DNA of 62,486 nt, filler included, from Atractiella rhizophila (taxonomy: Eukaryota), in NCBI GenBank assembly GCA_021432655.1. It is 4 parts of 4 records of this genome, joined end to end, with 100 filler letters (N's around TTAATTAATTAA, not from the genome) between each part and the next. Parts side by side here need not be neighbours in the genome. Positions count along the whole stretch, not along the records: positions 24,132 to 48,089 come from MU271796.1; positions 48,190 to 59,632 come from MU271853.1; 2 more parts are not named here. One strand, written 5' to 3'. A program made the position numbers and the translations under genes. Below, one piece after another: positions 37,001 through 48,673 of the stretch. How positions within the stretch are numbered: position 1 is the stretch's first letter; each line of letters starts with the position of its first letter. Below the pieces are notes generated by a model. It worked only from the letters and a program-made list of their open reading frames with translations, did not search any database and was not told the origin of the DNA.

Positions 37001-40000
37001 TCGTATGAGAGCAGACGGGAGGTGAGGAGGGATTCGAGGCACTTGAGCCCTGCTTGTCGGTCGGGGACGGAGGTCGAGGTGAGGTTGTCGCTCAGGATGC
37101 GAGTGATGATGGGGAGAGCATCGGTGACGGTTTGGTCGTATCGTACCCTGCGATGTTCTTTCAATGTTAGCATTCGTGACCAGATAAATAGAACATACCG
37201 AGCTCCTCCAACTAGATCGCAGGTGGCGATTTCCTCAACGATCACACTTAGTACTTCCAGGACTGCTTGTCGGTTTGCGATCGAGGTGAGAGTTTCGAGT
37301 AACCAGTTTGGCCAACCTTTCTCTCCTTGAAGATGCGCCAGCCGAAATGACAGTGCTGCAACCTAAGTGGATGGCAATCAGGACATGTTCGTTTTTGGGG
37401 CAAATATCTCATTGCTTCTTATTGCAAACGATTACAAGGTGCAGCGTAGTTTACATTGGTTGGAACGATATCTCTCCTCTCAACGTGCTAAAAAGCTCGG
37501 TGAGCTCGAGGTGAATGGTAGGTCTTGAACATTTCTAAATAAGCGCAATGCATCTCACATCGTTTCCTACAGTAGCTTTCACAATATTCTCTCTCACGGG
37601 AACATCCCCTCTTCCCGCAATACACAAAGCAAGCGGAACATTGCAAAGCTCAGACAATGACGACTTACTTAAATAGATAACAGAGAGGTGATGACTGATG
37701 GATGGAGTACTTCGTCAACACGAATGATAGGAATGAGAGACTCTCGCGCTCGCTTTGCTAGGAGAAGAGAATGGGTGAAGTAGATAGCGAAGGATGATGA
37801 GGACAAGAGCAAATGCTGGCTGCATTCCATCCAGTTGATTCATCATGAAATCACTTGACCAATGAAAAGACATCGCGATGAATGGATCAGGCGATGATTC
37901 TAGGTAGAAGCTACACCCGTAGAATTGAGCAGCTTCGAGGCTTATTATTGATCATACGGCGCTCCACAAGTGCCTCAAAAGAAAAACAAGGGTCTAACGG
38001 ACGTCCTCTATACCATCCCGAAGCAAAATAGCAAAAGGAAACAAAAGAAAGAGACGCACCGCACTGCTCAACTTCCTCCTCACCCTCCCCTCGCTCTCCG
38101 TGCCCACCCATCCCAGTACCAAACTCCTCAGCTCCGTCTCTCCGCTCTTCTCCAGCACGAAACCCCAATCGCCGTCCTTATCCCTCCTTATCTTCCCTAC
38201 CAGGACCAAGGCAGCGAGGAACCTGACGTCCGGAGAGTACTGCGAGGAAAAACGATGACAGCAACCTTGCTGGAATCCAAGACTCGCGATATGAGTTCTA
38301 ATGTCGCCGCGGGATCCAGCGTGAGGAGAACCTTTGCATGACTGTTTCTGTCCGTGGTTTCTGGCACTAGGGACTTCACCAGGGAAGACAGTTCAACCGC
38401 AACTTCCATGTCGTCAGACCAGATGGTGAGGATGTCGTGGACTGTCGAGATTGTCCGTGAACGCAGAGCAGACGCCTGAGCATCAGCACCAAAGTCGTAT
38501 TCCATGGTACGCGCAGGGGTATTGTTGTTGTTGATTCCTCGATCATCCAGCTCCGGTGCTGTGGAAAGGTCCACAATGTCGTCGTCATCAACGTCTGGCG
38601 GTAGGAGTCCGCGAACGATTGAGGCAAACGCCGCCACAGAAGAGAGAACCACTTTCTTTGCCGCTTGTGGATGCTGCCGTCAGTCTTAGTATATCATCAT
38701 GGGAGAAAGGCTAAACACCTACCTGCGGCGCAAGCTTCACGGCTTGGGAGACCTTGTCGAGTAATGGGGCTGTTAGTGTCTGCGCGATCATCAATTTTCG
38801 CTGCATGAGCCGCATGAGCCAGATCCCGCTCACCGTGACGGGGCCACTGAGTTGCTCTGGTGGCATAGATTGGAGGACAGAGGAGACGGCTTCTAGGACG
38901 CGGATGTACTCTGATTCCTACTCTCCTAAGTCGACATCCCTGTAAAGAGAACAAGTCGTACTTCAAGTTTCCCTTCTACCTCGTTGACCAATGTCCCAAA
39001 ACTCGACATATGCTTTACGAGTTCCTTCTGACACGTCTTGCACAGAGAGATCAAAGCCTTTGCTGCATTTGCACCGAGGTACGCGTTAGACAAAGAGGCT
39101 GCTACGAAAGAGACGGCGGGCAAGGCAAAGTCCGGGTGGTTTGCAATCCAGCGGCCGTAGTTGTCTTTGAACTGATGAGAGACAGTTCAGTTGACAGTTC
39201 ATTGCACACCTACCTATCAGGGAGAGCGCTGTATTGCGCAGACGTGTCGCCGATTCCTGTTGTGAGGGATCAAGAGAAGCTTCGATAGTCAGTAGTTGCC
39301 CAAAGCATGAAGGTCCGAATAGTTCGGCAAGCGTGTTATCCGTGCTAGGTACGACTTCATGTAGACAAGACATGCAAAAGAGAGCCGCTTCAACATTCTG
39401 CGACAGACTACATGAGAAAATAACTTGATATAAAGCTGACATACCTCCAGGCGATCAGTCGTAGGAGACATTAACTGTTGCCCTACGCCCTTGATGAAGA
39501 AGCGCAACATGAGGTCTCGAAGGACATAATATCTAAATAGACAATTGTTAAGGTCTCACTCAAATGCATATGAAAGGAGAGTACACGTCGACAAGCGCAT
39601 CTCCGAGCTCGTGTCGATAGTAGCTGAACCTCTCGAACTCATCTTCCATAAGTCAACGCGCGTCTGACACTGATCAAACGAGCACACCTTCATCATATAC
39701 TGATCAATACGGAACGCAAGCAGCAGATACGGTATCGTGACACACCTTTTGTCCATTCGACCTCCCGAACGAGCGGCCACCGCACCTTCTTCACCGCAAC
39801 CGAGATCCACTCGACCAACACGCTCTCCAGACACTTCCGCTCCTCTTCCCCTCTTTCCTCAGCATGTCGCTCACCAAGCGTCCCAAATATCCCAAACGTG
39901 AGTTCGGAACAGGTCTCGTCCACTCCACCGTATCCCTCTGTGGCAGTGACAGCGATGAGTTTTTTCAAGAGCTCCAAAAACGGTGGGGAGTTGACTGCCA

Positions 40001-41827
40001 GAGGCAGGTTGGACGAGATCGAGGAAGAAGGAAATTCGCTCGGACCCAACAGAGGGATCGAATGATCCAACAAGGCGACCAGGAGCTTGGTCAACTCCCT
40101 CCTCAAATCCACAAAGCTCTCTCCTCCCAGGTCCAAACGCATGCCTTCGTCTTCGGAGGTGATGGAAAGGATGGTACGGACACCGTCGCCTCTGATCCAT
40201 TCTATCGCCTCCATCGTGCGTTTCGCGGTCATGAACCCGACCAGAGGATTGCTCATCCCGCTCCTCACCAGTCCTCCGTCCGTCAGATTCAATCCGAAAG
40301 AAGTAGGACTCGCGTTCGTAGCTATGAATTCGCACAGACATGATGCGGAGGATGCCATGGTGGATGGGGAGAGCAAGAGGGAACCGAGGAGGGGGAAGAG
40401 GGCGGTTAGACTTTCGTAGGAGAGGAGACGGGAGGTCAGGAGGGATTCGAGGCACTTGAGCCCGGCTTGTCGGTCGGGGACGGAGGTCGAGGTGAGGTTG
40501 TCGCTCAGGATGCGAGTGATGATGGGGAGAGCATCGGTGACGGTTTGGTCGTATCGTACCCTGCGATGTTCTTTCAATGTTAGCATTCGTGACCAGATAA
40601 ATAGAACATACCGAGCTCCTCCAACTAGATCGCAGGTGGCGATTTCCTCAACGATCACACTTAGTACTTCCAGGACTGCTTGTCGGTTTGCGATCGAGGT
40701 GAGAGTTTCGAGTAACCAGTTAGGCCAGCCTTTCTCTCCTTGAAGATGCGCCAGCCGAAATGACAGTGCTGCAACCTAAGTGGATGGCAATCAGGACATG
40801 TTCGTTTTTGGGGCAAATATCTCATTGCTTCTTATTGCAAACGATTACAAGGTGCAGCGTAGTTTACATTGGTTGGAACGATATCTCTCCTCTCAACGTG
40901 CTAAAAAGCTCGGTGAGCTCGAGGTGAATGGTAGGTCTTGAACATTTCTAAATAAGCGCAATGCATCTCACATCGTTTCCTACAGTAGCTTTCACAATAT
41001 TCTCTCTCACGGGAACATCCCCTCTTCCCGCAATACACAAAGCAAGCGGAACATTGCAAAGCTCAGACAATGACGACTTGCTTAAATAGATAACAGAGAG
41101 GTGATGACTGATGGATGGAGTACTTCGTCAACACGAATGATAGGAATGAGAGACTCTCGCGCCCGCTTTGCTAAGAGAAGAGAATGGGTGAAGTGGATAG
41201 CGAAGAATGATGAGGACAAGAACAAATGCTGGCTGCATTCCATCTGGGCGATTCACCACGAAATCACTTGACGAATGAATACATCGCGATGAATGGATCA
41301 GGCAATGAAGCGATATAGCAGCTACACTCGTTGAATTGAGCAACTTCGAGGCTTATTATTGATCATACGGCGCTCCACAAGTACCTCAAAACAAAAACAA
41401 GGATCTAACGGATGTCCTCTGTCCCATCCAGACACAAAATGTCAAAAGGAAACAAAAGAAAGAGACGCACCGCACTGCTCAACTTCCTCCTCACCCTCCC
41501 CTCGCTCTCCGTGCCCACCCATCCAAGCACCAAACTCCTCAGCTCCGTCTCTCCGCTCTTCTCCAGCACGAAACCCCAATCGCCGTCCTTATCCCTCCTT
41601 ATCTTCCCCACCAGGACCAAGGCAGCGAGGAACCTGACGTCCGGAGAGTACTGCGAGGACGAGGGAGGAGAGAGCAGTGGAGGGAGGTACGTCCAGATGA
41701 TGGGATGGGGAGAGAGCGCGTGGAGGTCGCTTGAGAGGGAGGAGAGCAAGGTGGGATCGGTGGTGGGGGTGGTGAGGGAGGTGAGGAGGGAGAGGAAGGT
41801 CTGGAATGAGGGCGCGTCCACTTCCAT
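34028..41827 (-). CDS. Importin-beta-family karyopherin (importin-13/transportin-3-like), interrupted by an internal tandem duplication
   Basis: ATG 41827; DVRFLAALVLVGKIRRD; RRKLSSA|VAAL; LEVLSVIVEE; VEAALFC; AAKALISLCKTC; C-terminus VRDAVSEFVLVARGLSNTG|YGLATS* (TAG 34028-34030). HEAT-like helical sequence throughout. Confidence 0.82.
34846..41659. repeat. Direct tandem repeat, units 34846-38248 and 38250-41659 (~3.4 kb each)
   Basis: Near-identical sequence and paired ORFs (36280-37245 vs 39693-40658; 34703-35248 vs 38197-38652); one extra A at the junction (38249). Confidence 0.97.
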
Positions 41828-41949
41828 CCTTCTTTTCTTTTATACTCTTTATGTCCCTCTGTCGTCAATATTGGATGCTGCTCAGTTGGTGGGCTGGTGA
41901 TGATCTCGGGAAGATGGTTGATGAAATGAATATCGGGAGGGAATGCAAT

Positions 41950-42618
41950 ATGACGACCGTCTTCACAAGGACCTTCAGCGTGGCCATCAAGCCATCCCTT
42001 AGAAAAGGCTCAGGACTATGGAGTTCTCGAGCGATATACCTGGGCACAGCGTTCGGTAGCAGCACAGCTCTCTTCCTCTCTCTCCCATCCCAGCCCTTCC
42101 GCCTCGACACGCCTTCCCTCCCCTCCAACGCTCAAGTCCAACCATCCTCTCCTCCCCAGCCTCCCTCTCCTTCCAGATTGACACCACCACCTCCCCCTCC
42201 GTCAGGCACAAGCAATGTGTCCATCTCCTCCCTCTCCCTCTCCACCGTCCTCGGCATATCCACCGGCATATTCATAAAGAAGGGGCTCAAACTCCTCGCC
42301 TTCTTCCTCGGCGGCCTCTTCGTCCTCATCCAAGTCCGTCCCCTCCCTCCCTCTCACTCTAAATCACTAACTAAATCTCACCACGATACTTCCCAGTACT
42401 CGTCCTCCCGCGGATGGCTCCCTCGCACTGACTGGTCCAAGGTAAACGCATCGTACGAGCGACACCTCGACTCTTGGTTCCCTCCCCCTCAGAACCAGAA
42501 CGGGAGCACTACCTCGAGGTTGCAGAGAGTAGGAGCGTGGGCGGTCGATTTCGTGGCTGCAGATGTGCCGCAGAGGGGAACGTTCTTGGCTGGCGTGGTG
42601 TTGGGATTTAGGCTCTGA
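41950..42618 (+). CDS. FUN14: FUN14/FUNDC-family mitochondrial outer-membrane protein
   Basis: LSTVLGISTGIFIKKGLKLLAFFLGGLFVLIQ|YSSSRGW...DW, GTFLAGVVLGFRL*; 63-nt intron 42334-42396. Confidence 0.9.
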   Translation: MTTVFTRTFSVAIKPSLRKGSGLWSSRAIYLGTAFGSSTALFLSLPSQPFRLDTPSLPSNAQVQPSSPPQPPSPSRLTPPPPPPSGTSNVSISSLSLSTVLGISTGIFIKKGLKLLAFFLGGLFVLIQVRPLPPSHSKSLTKSHHDTSQYSSSRGWLPRTDWSKVNASYERHLDSWFPPPQNQNGSTTSRLQRVGAWAVDFVAADVPQRGTFLAGVVLGFRL

Positions 42619-43658
42619 GTGCGTTTTATCGTTATCGTAGAGGGGTAGTTGGGAGTTGGGAGTTGGGAGTTGGGAAGGTGCGTGGCTGCTTTGCGCTTTG
42701 CGCTTGGGTGGCGGTCGACGGGAGAGTTATATATTTTATGGCGAGGCGCGTGAAGGGCAAAAAGGGAATGGTCCGAAAATAACGCGTGTAACAAACAAAA
42801 AATTCGAGAAAGAGATTTCATTCTTCATATCTGTCCTTTTTTCACATTCTTCTGTTACCGTATCTGCATCACTAGCACGTTCCATCACGCCTCATATCAA
42901 CGACCTGCTCCTTCTTAACGGAATATGGGCAAGTTCGTTTTCGCACGGGCGAAGAATGACCTCAATCTGCCTTTCCTCTTGAATTTATAAGAGGATTGTG
43001 CACCCGATCCTGTTGTTGCTCACCCTTTTTTTGCCTTCGTGCAGTGGAGGGAGGGCGATATAATGATCGGACATTTCTTCGCGTTCAACAATCCACTTCT
43101 TCAAATGCAATGCGGATGGGATTCGAATCTCATCATCACTCTCCATTGAGAACTTGAATGTTCAAAGTCATACGAAAGAGCAATATCAGTAAGGGTGAAT
43201 ATATGTGAAAGGTCTTGATTGGCTGAGGCGAATTTCCGTCCCCGTTGAACATGGACAGTATCTCCCAATACCACTGCAGAAGAGGCTCGGATCTGAATTG
43301 GGTGCCCGGTAAACAGCCAAACGCCTCGAGCGCACGTATCAAACTCTGGTGGTTAAACATGCCACGACGTCGATTCTTCGTGTCCCTGTTGTTGGCTGGT
43401 ACACTTTCAAGCTATTTAAATGGGTCCTGGAAACGAGATGGGATTCTTACGCAGCGTACTGACGACTCTTTCAAAGCCAGTTGCTGACACATGTAGACTT
43501 CATGGCTTATTAATATCACATTTCTAGAGTATCACGAAAGCTGCCTCGTTGGGATCTGCACAAACATTGATACATGACGCTGTGGACGGGGTATTAACGG
43601 ACACAATGAATAATGCGACATACTTAAAACAAGAAACAACGAAAAACAAATTCAAAAA

Positions 43659-45847
43659 TCATTGAGCACTCCTCCCCGCTTGCTGTTTCTCCATCCTCCT
43701 CTGCCACGAATGGAGCATCCACGGTTCATCCCTCTGTCCATACTTCTCCAGCGGCCGTTTCCAAGCGACCGTGTCATTCACGACTTCTTCCAGCGACCGC
43801 CCTTCGGCTTTATCCTTGGGACGGAGGATGGGGAGAACGACGCCGAGCTCGTTGTTGGAGATGTGGTAGTTGAACGGACGGGGATCGATGCGGCTTTTCC
43901 ATTCCTTCTTCGTCACTTGTGTGAGGTTACCCCATGCTGCTGGTGTGCTGTTTCAATGGCTGAGTTGAGATGCGGCACCGCAGAGAAATGGAAGGTACGA
44001 ACAAGTTATGCGATCCCACGTAGATAAATCCATCATCCTTCTCCTCGTTGATCCCTGTAAAGTAACAAGGTCATTTCGATGGATGGGAGAATGGAAAAGA
44101 CCAACCCAAGATCGTTTTGACGTGCATCACTATTCCCTCCCTCCTAGAAACTCCTTTCCTGAAAGCATGCTTCGGGAACGATTCCCTACTCCAAGTGCCC
44201 CGCTGACAGAAAAGGCTGAAACCTCCAGCGTAACCCTCACGGCTTTCCTTCACCGTCTTATCCGTAGGGAAGATGACCTCGACAGGCGGCCAAGCGGCGC
44301 TCGGTCCTGCTCCTCCCTTCTGCAAAAACTTGGATAACCAGGTTGACGGATCTTTCCCAGTGGCGAAGTTGTGGAAGATGGTGAACCAATCCTTCGTGTA
44401 ATTCCCAATACTCGATCCCTGACACTCCAAGCGAACGGTATCGTCCGCCTTACCCAGCGCGCGAATAGCGTTTCCTAATCTAAACATCCCTCCTAGCTCC
44501 TCTTGTGCCTTTGCATTGTCCGCACGCAAACTCCCGGCAAAGGACCACACGAGCTGAGGAGCAAAATCCGTCCGAAGTGAGCTGAAATCATACTCCCCTC
44601 CAACGAGTTTCTTGATCCAGCTGTTGGCGACGTTGAAATGCTCTAGCACCATTTTAAAGTCTGCTATGAATGGTGGGAGTTCTTCGTCAAGGGATATAGA
44701 TGCGGATGCGGGAAAGTCCATGACAAAGACAGAGTTCTCGATGAAATCCCAATCATATGAGACGAGGTTGGCTGTCGGAATGCAAATGCGTAAGTAATCG
44801 TCATGTGCAAAGATGGCAAACTGCGACGATAATAAGGATCCGTACTATCAGAAATTCAGAGGCACATACTTTGATATGATGACATCCTTTCGACTTCCTG
44901 CCTTCGGTATTTGTTGGCATAGAAGGATATAAGACGTGAAACCCTTCGCAATAAGGATCATCACTAGCATCCATCATAACATCACGCATTTTGTCTGTGA
45001 CTTGCTCGTCCTCACCACAGTGATGGATCAAGAGGACTCGAGCTCCCCGTTGTCGCCCTTTCGTGCGGTGGGTGACGAATCTCGGGAAATGTCTGAAGAA
45101 CCATTCGGGTTCGGGGCAATATGTTGAGCTGATCGCCATCGCAAGGTCATCCGTGTTACCCACAAGGTCGCAAAATCGAACAACATCTGGAGTTTCAGGA
45201 TGATGTTTATTAAACGTTCGCAAAATTTTCCAATCCCAATATCGAGGCTCGTTTGCAGCTCTTCCCTTGCCTTTATCCCGAGTAGCATTTTGGACTGGCA
45301 CGGTAGGACGAGGAGTATTTATGGTGGACGACTTCGTAGTAGAGGTTGGAGCAGGGCTCGGGCGATGGGAGGATGATGCAGCAAACGCTTGAGCAGATCC
45401 AGAAAGTTTCGAGCTCATCGCTCGTTCTGCTCGAGCAAGTCGCTCCTTCTCCATCTCCGCTCTTGACGGACCCGTCCCTTTATTCGAGGTCAGAGCATAC
45501 GTCGGTGCTGCTGGCTCGACTCCCTTCACCTCTTCGACGCTTACTTCCCTCTCCCTCATCTTCCCCTTTCCAGAACCAGCCGCAGAGCTCTCACCGTTCG
45601 TCACTGGGACCATTTCCTCCAGAGACTGAGCAATAGCTCTTTTCAACTCTTCTTCTTCTTCTTCTTCCTCCTTACTTTTCTGGTATTCAGCGTCCATCTT
45701 GGACATTTCCATAATATGACGCAGCTGTTCATCTTCATCCATCGCGGCTACCTGTTCTTCTGTGAAGGAGGAAGTCGGACGCATCCGTTTTCGTGGGCTC
45801 TGGTAAAGGCCATCATCGCTCTCTAGTGCAAGGCGTTTATGGGTCAT
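43659..45847 (-). CDS. TDP1: Tyrosyl-DNA phosphodiesterase 1
   Basis: Two HxK motifs (GCHHIK, VMHVKT), ANLVSYDWDFIENSVFVMDFP, QGSSIG, VIFPT, YVGSHN, ISNNELGVV, YGQRDEPW. Confidence 0.94.
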
Positions 45848-47529
45848 TCTGCCTTAAATGAGGTAAAGACAGTGGTATGTCGATTGCCACCAGGAAAGCA
45901 AAGAATCAGCTGGCCCTAACCCTACGTCACGCATCTGTTGGGAGTAGGAAGTGGAGGATGATGTGGATAGGAATGATGGAATGATAGGAGTAACTGTTCG
46001 GGACGTTAGGGTATGCACACTCGGTAGGGGAAGCCGGAAGTAAGCACTATAAGGTATTACATTCTAGTGGAGTGGTGAGAGTGAGGTTGGACTTCAGCAC
46101 GTGTACTTGAAGTGAGTATTTTTCTCACTTCTTTGAGGACTCCAAGGAAAGAATTTGGCAAAGTGCAGTATCGACACTTTTCCTTTTGCTTCATCTGCCC
46201 CATTGGCATTCATACGGGTCAATTAACTGCCGCTGAACTTCTTGTGCCAATGAAGTCTGGTGCACGAACATGATGGGAACTGGTGGTACAGCGCCGAAGG
46301 ACCCACGCGCATCGCACCAAGACCCCAAGCTTTACAGGTTCCAGTATGATGTAATTGGAAAGTACGCCTTTTCGGTCACTCTGCAACTTGGGAAACTTGC
46401 CTAAACGCGGAATACAGCAAGTTCACTTACTCTTCCAGTTCCAATATCAATTCAGCAATAGGAATGGAGACGTCAAAAGCCTGAACAGTGAGCAGGCAGG
46501 ACCAGACAAGAGAGACAGTCGACTAAGGTCTGCTGCTTAGCTTTGGAATAATAGTTTGGTTCACTCAGCTACTAACGATTTCCTAATACCTGTAATTTGC
46601 TGTCTTACTTTGTATGATCGTGTACCCCGTTCCGACGTAGGAAGGAGTCCATGTTCATTGCAAACGTTTTTTACTGTGAGAAGTGAGTATGTCAACTCTC
46701 AGACTGGGAGGAGCACCCGGCTGCTGAGATCGGTCGTCGAAGGATGCTCGAGGACCTTGCGGAAGGTATAGCCCAGATCCTAGGATTGGCGGAGTGGAGG
46801 GACGGTGTAGAAGTCGAGTGTTATTCTTGTGTCATCGCACGGTACAAATGTTGGTTCCGGAATAGCAAGGGCGGTAAGATTACATCCTCATGACGGGTTC
46901 CGTTCACTTCCGTTACATTGTGCCAAGGAGGCCTACAACAATGAGAACAGGCACAGGACAGGGAATGGAGCAAAGTGGTGGTGGGAGGCATCCACCTGGG
47001 AGAACATCGGGCTGTCCTGTAAGCCTGTTTCTTAGACCTTGTGAGATCCAAACTTACACGCGCGCCAGCGGCGCAGACCTGCTCCCTTTCTTCCTCCGGA
47101 TTCGATAAGCCCTGTCCGGAATATAAATGTAACCCTCCTCCCTGCCTGAAGTCAGAGAGTATTCGGATGGTTAGAGGGGGATTGCTGCCTGCGGTCATGG
47201 AGAAGAACGCATTCCTCCACGTTCAACCTCATCATTTGAAAGGTATTGCTTGCAGGTGCGAAAGATCTATTTCCTAGTTTCAGTTGCAGCTTTCCGAGAA
47301 ATGAGTAGCATAGTCTTCATTCATTGTTATCTTGTGAATTATCAAGCATTTACACATTAGAAACGGCATAGGTATGATGGCTTGACAAGAAACCTTGTAG
47401 ATCCAACCGAGAATAGGGAAGAACATTATACAATAATGTGGAAAAGCGAAACACAATTTGAACCAAGAATCCGAAGCACATCTATCTACTCCAGCCCGCG
47501 ATGCAGGAGGGTATAATCAATATGCCGTC

Positions 47530-48089
47530 CTAACCCAATGGGTAGTTACCTCCACCACCAGACGAGATGTCTGCCAGAACTTGCTCTACCAGATCCTGTA
47601 CCATTCTTTCACGTTGAACAGAATCGTACTGGCTGTTGTCTGAAGAAGCGAAGTTTGGTGTTGCGTCGGTTTTGGGGGATGAGTTGGAATTAGAACGGGA
47701 CGGGAATCCTAATAGAGAATCCTGAGGAGATGAGTTTGTTAGGCTGTTGACGGAACCCGCTGCTGGCGGAGCTAGATTTTGGTTTTGAGGTGCTGTCTGT
47801 GGAGGGCCAAGTGTTAACTGGAAAGGATTCTGCTGAAGTGCAGACGACATTGGCATGGAAAGGTTGTTGGCCAAGTTATACAATGGTGGGGTATTGTTGG
47901 AACGACCCAGCTAGAAGGAGGATGAGTTCAGTGCTTCAGACTCTCTGTCAACGCGTACCTCACCCTGGATGTAGGAAGGACCCATATCTGCAACGGCTTT
48001 ATTCAAAGCCTCCTCGATATCGTTCGCCCATTGTCCCATTGTCACACCGAACCAACCTAGGGGTTTGACGGCTGTAGATAGGAGAAAAT
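47530..48089 (-). CDS. Probable 3' fragment of a low-complexity (S/N/Q/P-rich) protein, cut by the contig end
   Basis: Ser/Asn/Gln/Pro-rich ORF ending at 47530, with an intron-like GTGAGG...CTAG segment upstream. No recognisable domain. Confidence 0.4.
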
Positions 48090-48189
48090 NNNNNNNNNNN
48101 NNNNNNNNNNNNNNNNNNNNNNNNNNNNNNNNNTTAATTAATTAANNNNNNNNNNNNNNNNNNNNNNNNNNNNNNNNNNNNNNNNNNNN
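48090..48189. other. Artificial contig linker
   Basis: N run, TTAATTAATTAA, N run. Confidence 0.98.
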
Positions 48190-48673
48190 TAATCCACTTC
48201 CTGTGAGCCTGTATTATCTTGTACTCCAGCGACGAAAGCATCACGACGTTATTATGAAATGCAACTTCCTGTCTCAAGCATACCTATTTGGTTGAATGAG
48301 CACCTCAATATATTGTCAAAAGTGTTTGACATGGCTGAGCAGAACGGAGTGGTCAGCAGTGGAAGTATCACAGACCACTCGTTACTGAGCTCAACGTTCC
48401 TCACATAAACCCTAATGAACTAAGTTTGGATGTGATGTATCGTCGGATTGCACGTAAATTCATAGACGGTCGTTTAATTGTTACAGACATAGGCTGTTAT
48501 GATCGAGTGAAAATGACACTCCTGATCATGAAGAAATTGGAAGGGAAAATGACACTGCTGATCAAAGAAGAAACTGAACGATCCTAGAAGGTTGACCTTC
48601 CAGATCCTTTGAACCCTGACCCAAAAAAGAGACAACTGCTTGATGGAAGACGTGGGTAGGCTCGCTCTAACGG

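Noticed and set aside
36485..37330. 281-aa plus-strand ORF
   Set aside because: Antisense to the importin exon and broken by stops in the second repeat unit.
45913..46011. CCCTAACCCTA and GTTAGGGT telomere-like motifs upstream of TDP1
   Set aside because: Only one or two units each; too short to separate from chance or an ordinary Myb/Tbf1-type site.
46680..47230. Coding-like minus-strand stretch
   Set aside because: No long consistent frame or family motif I can name.
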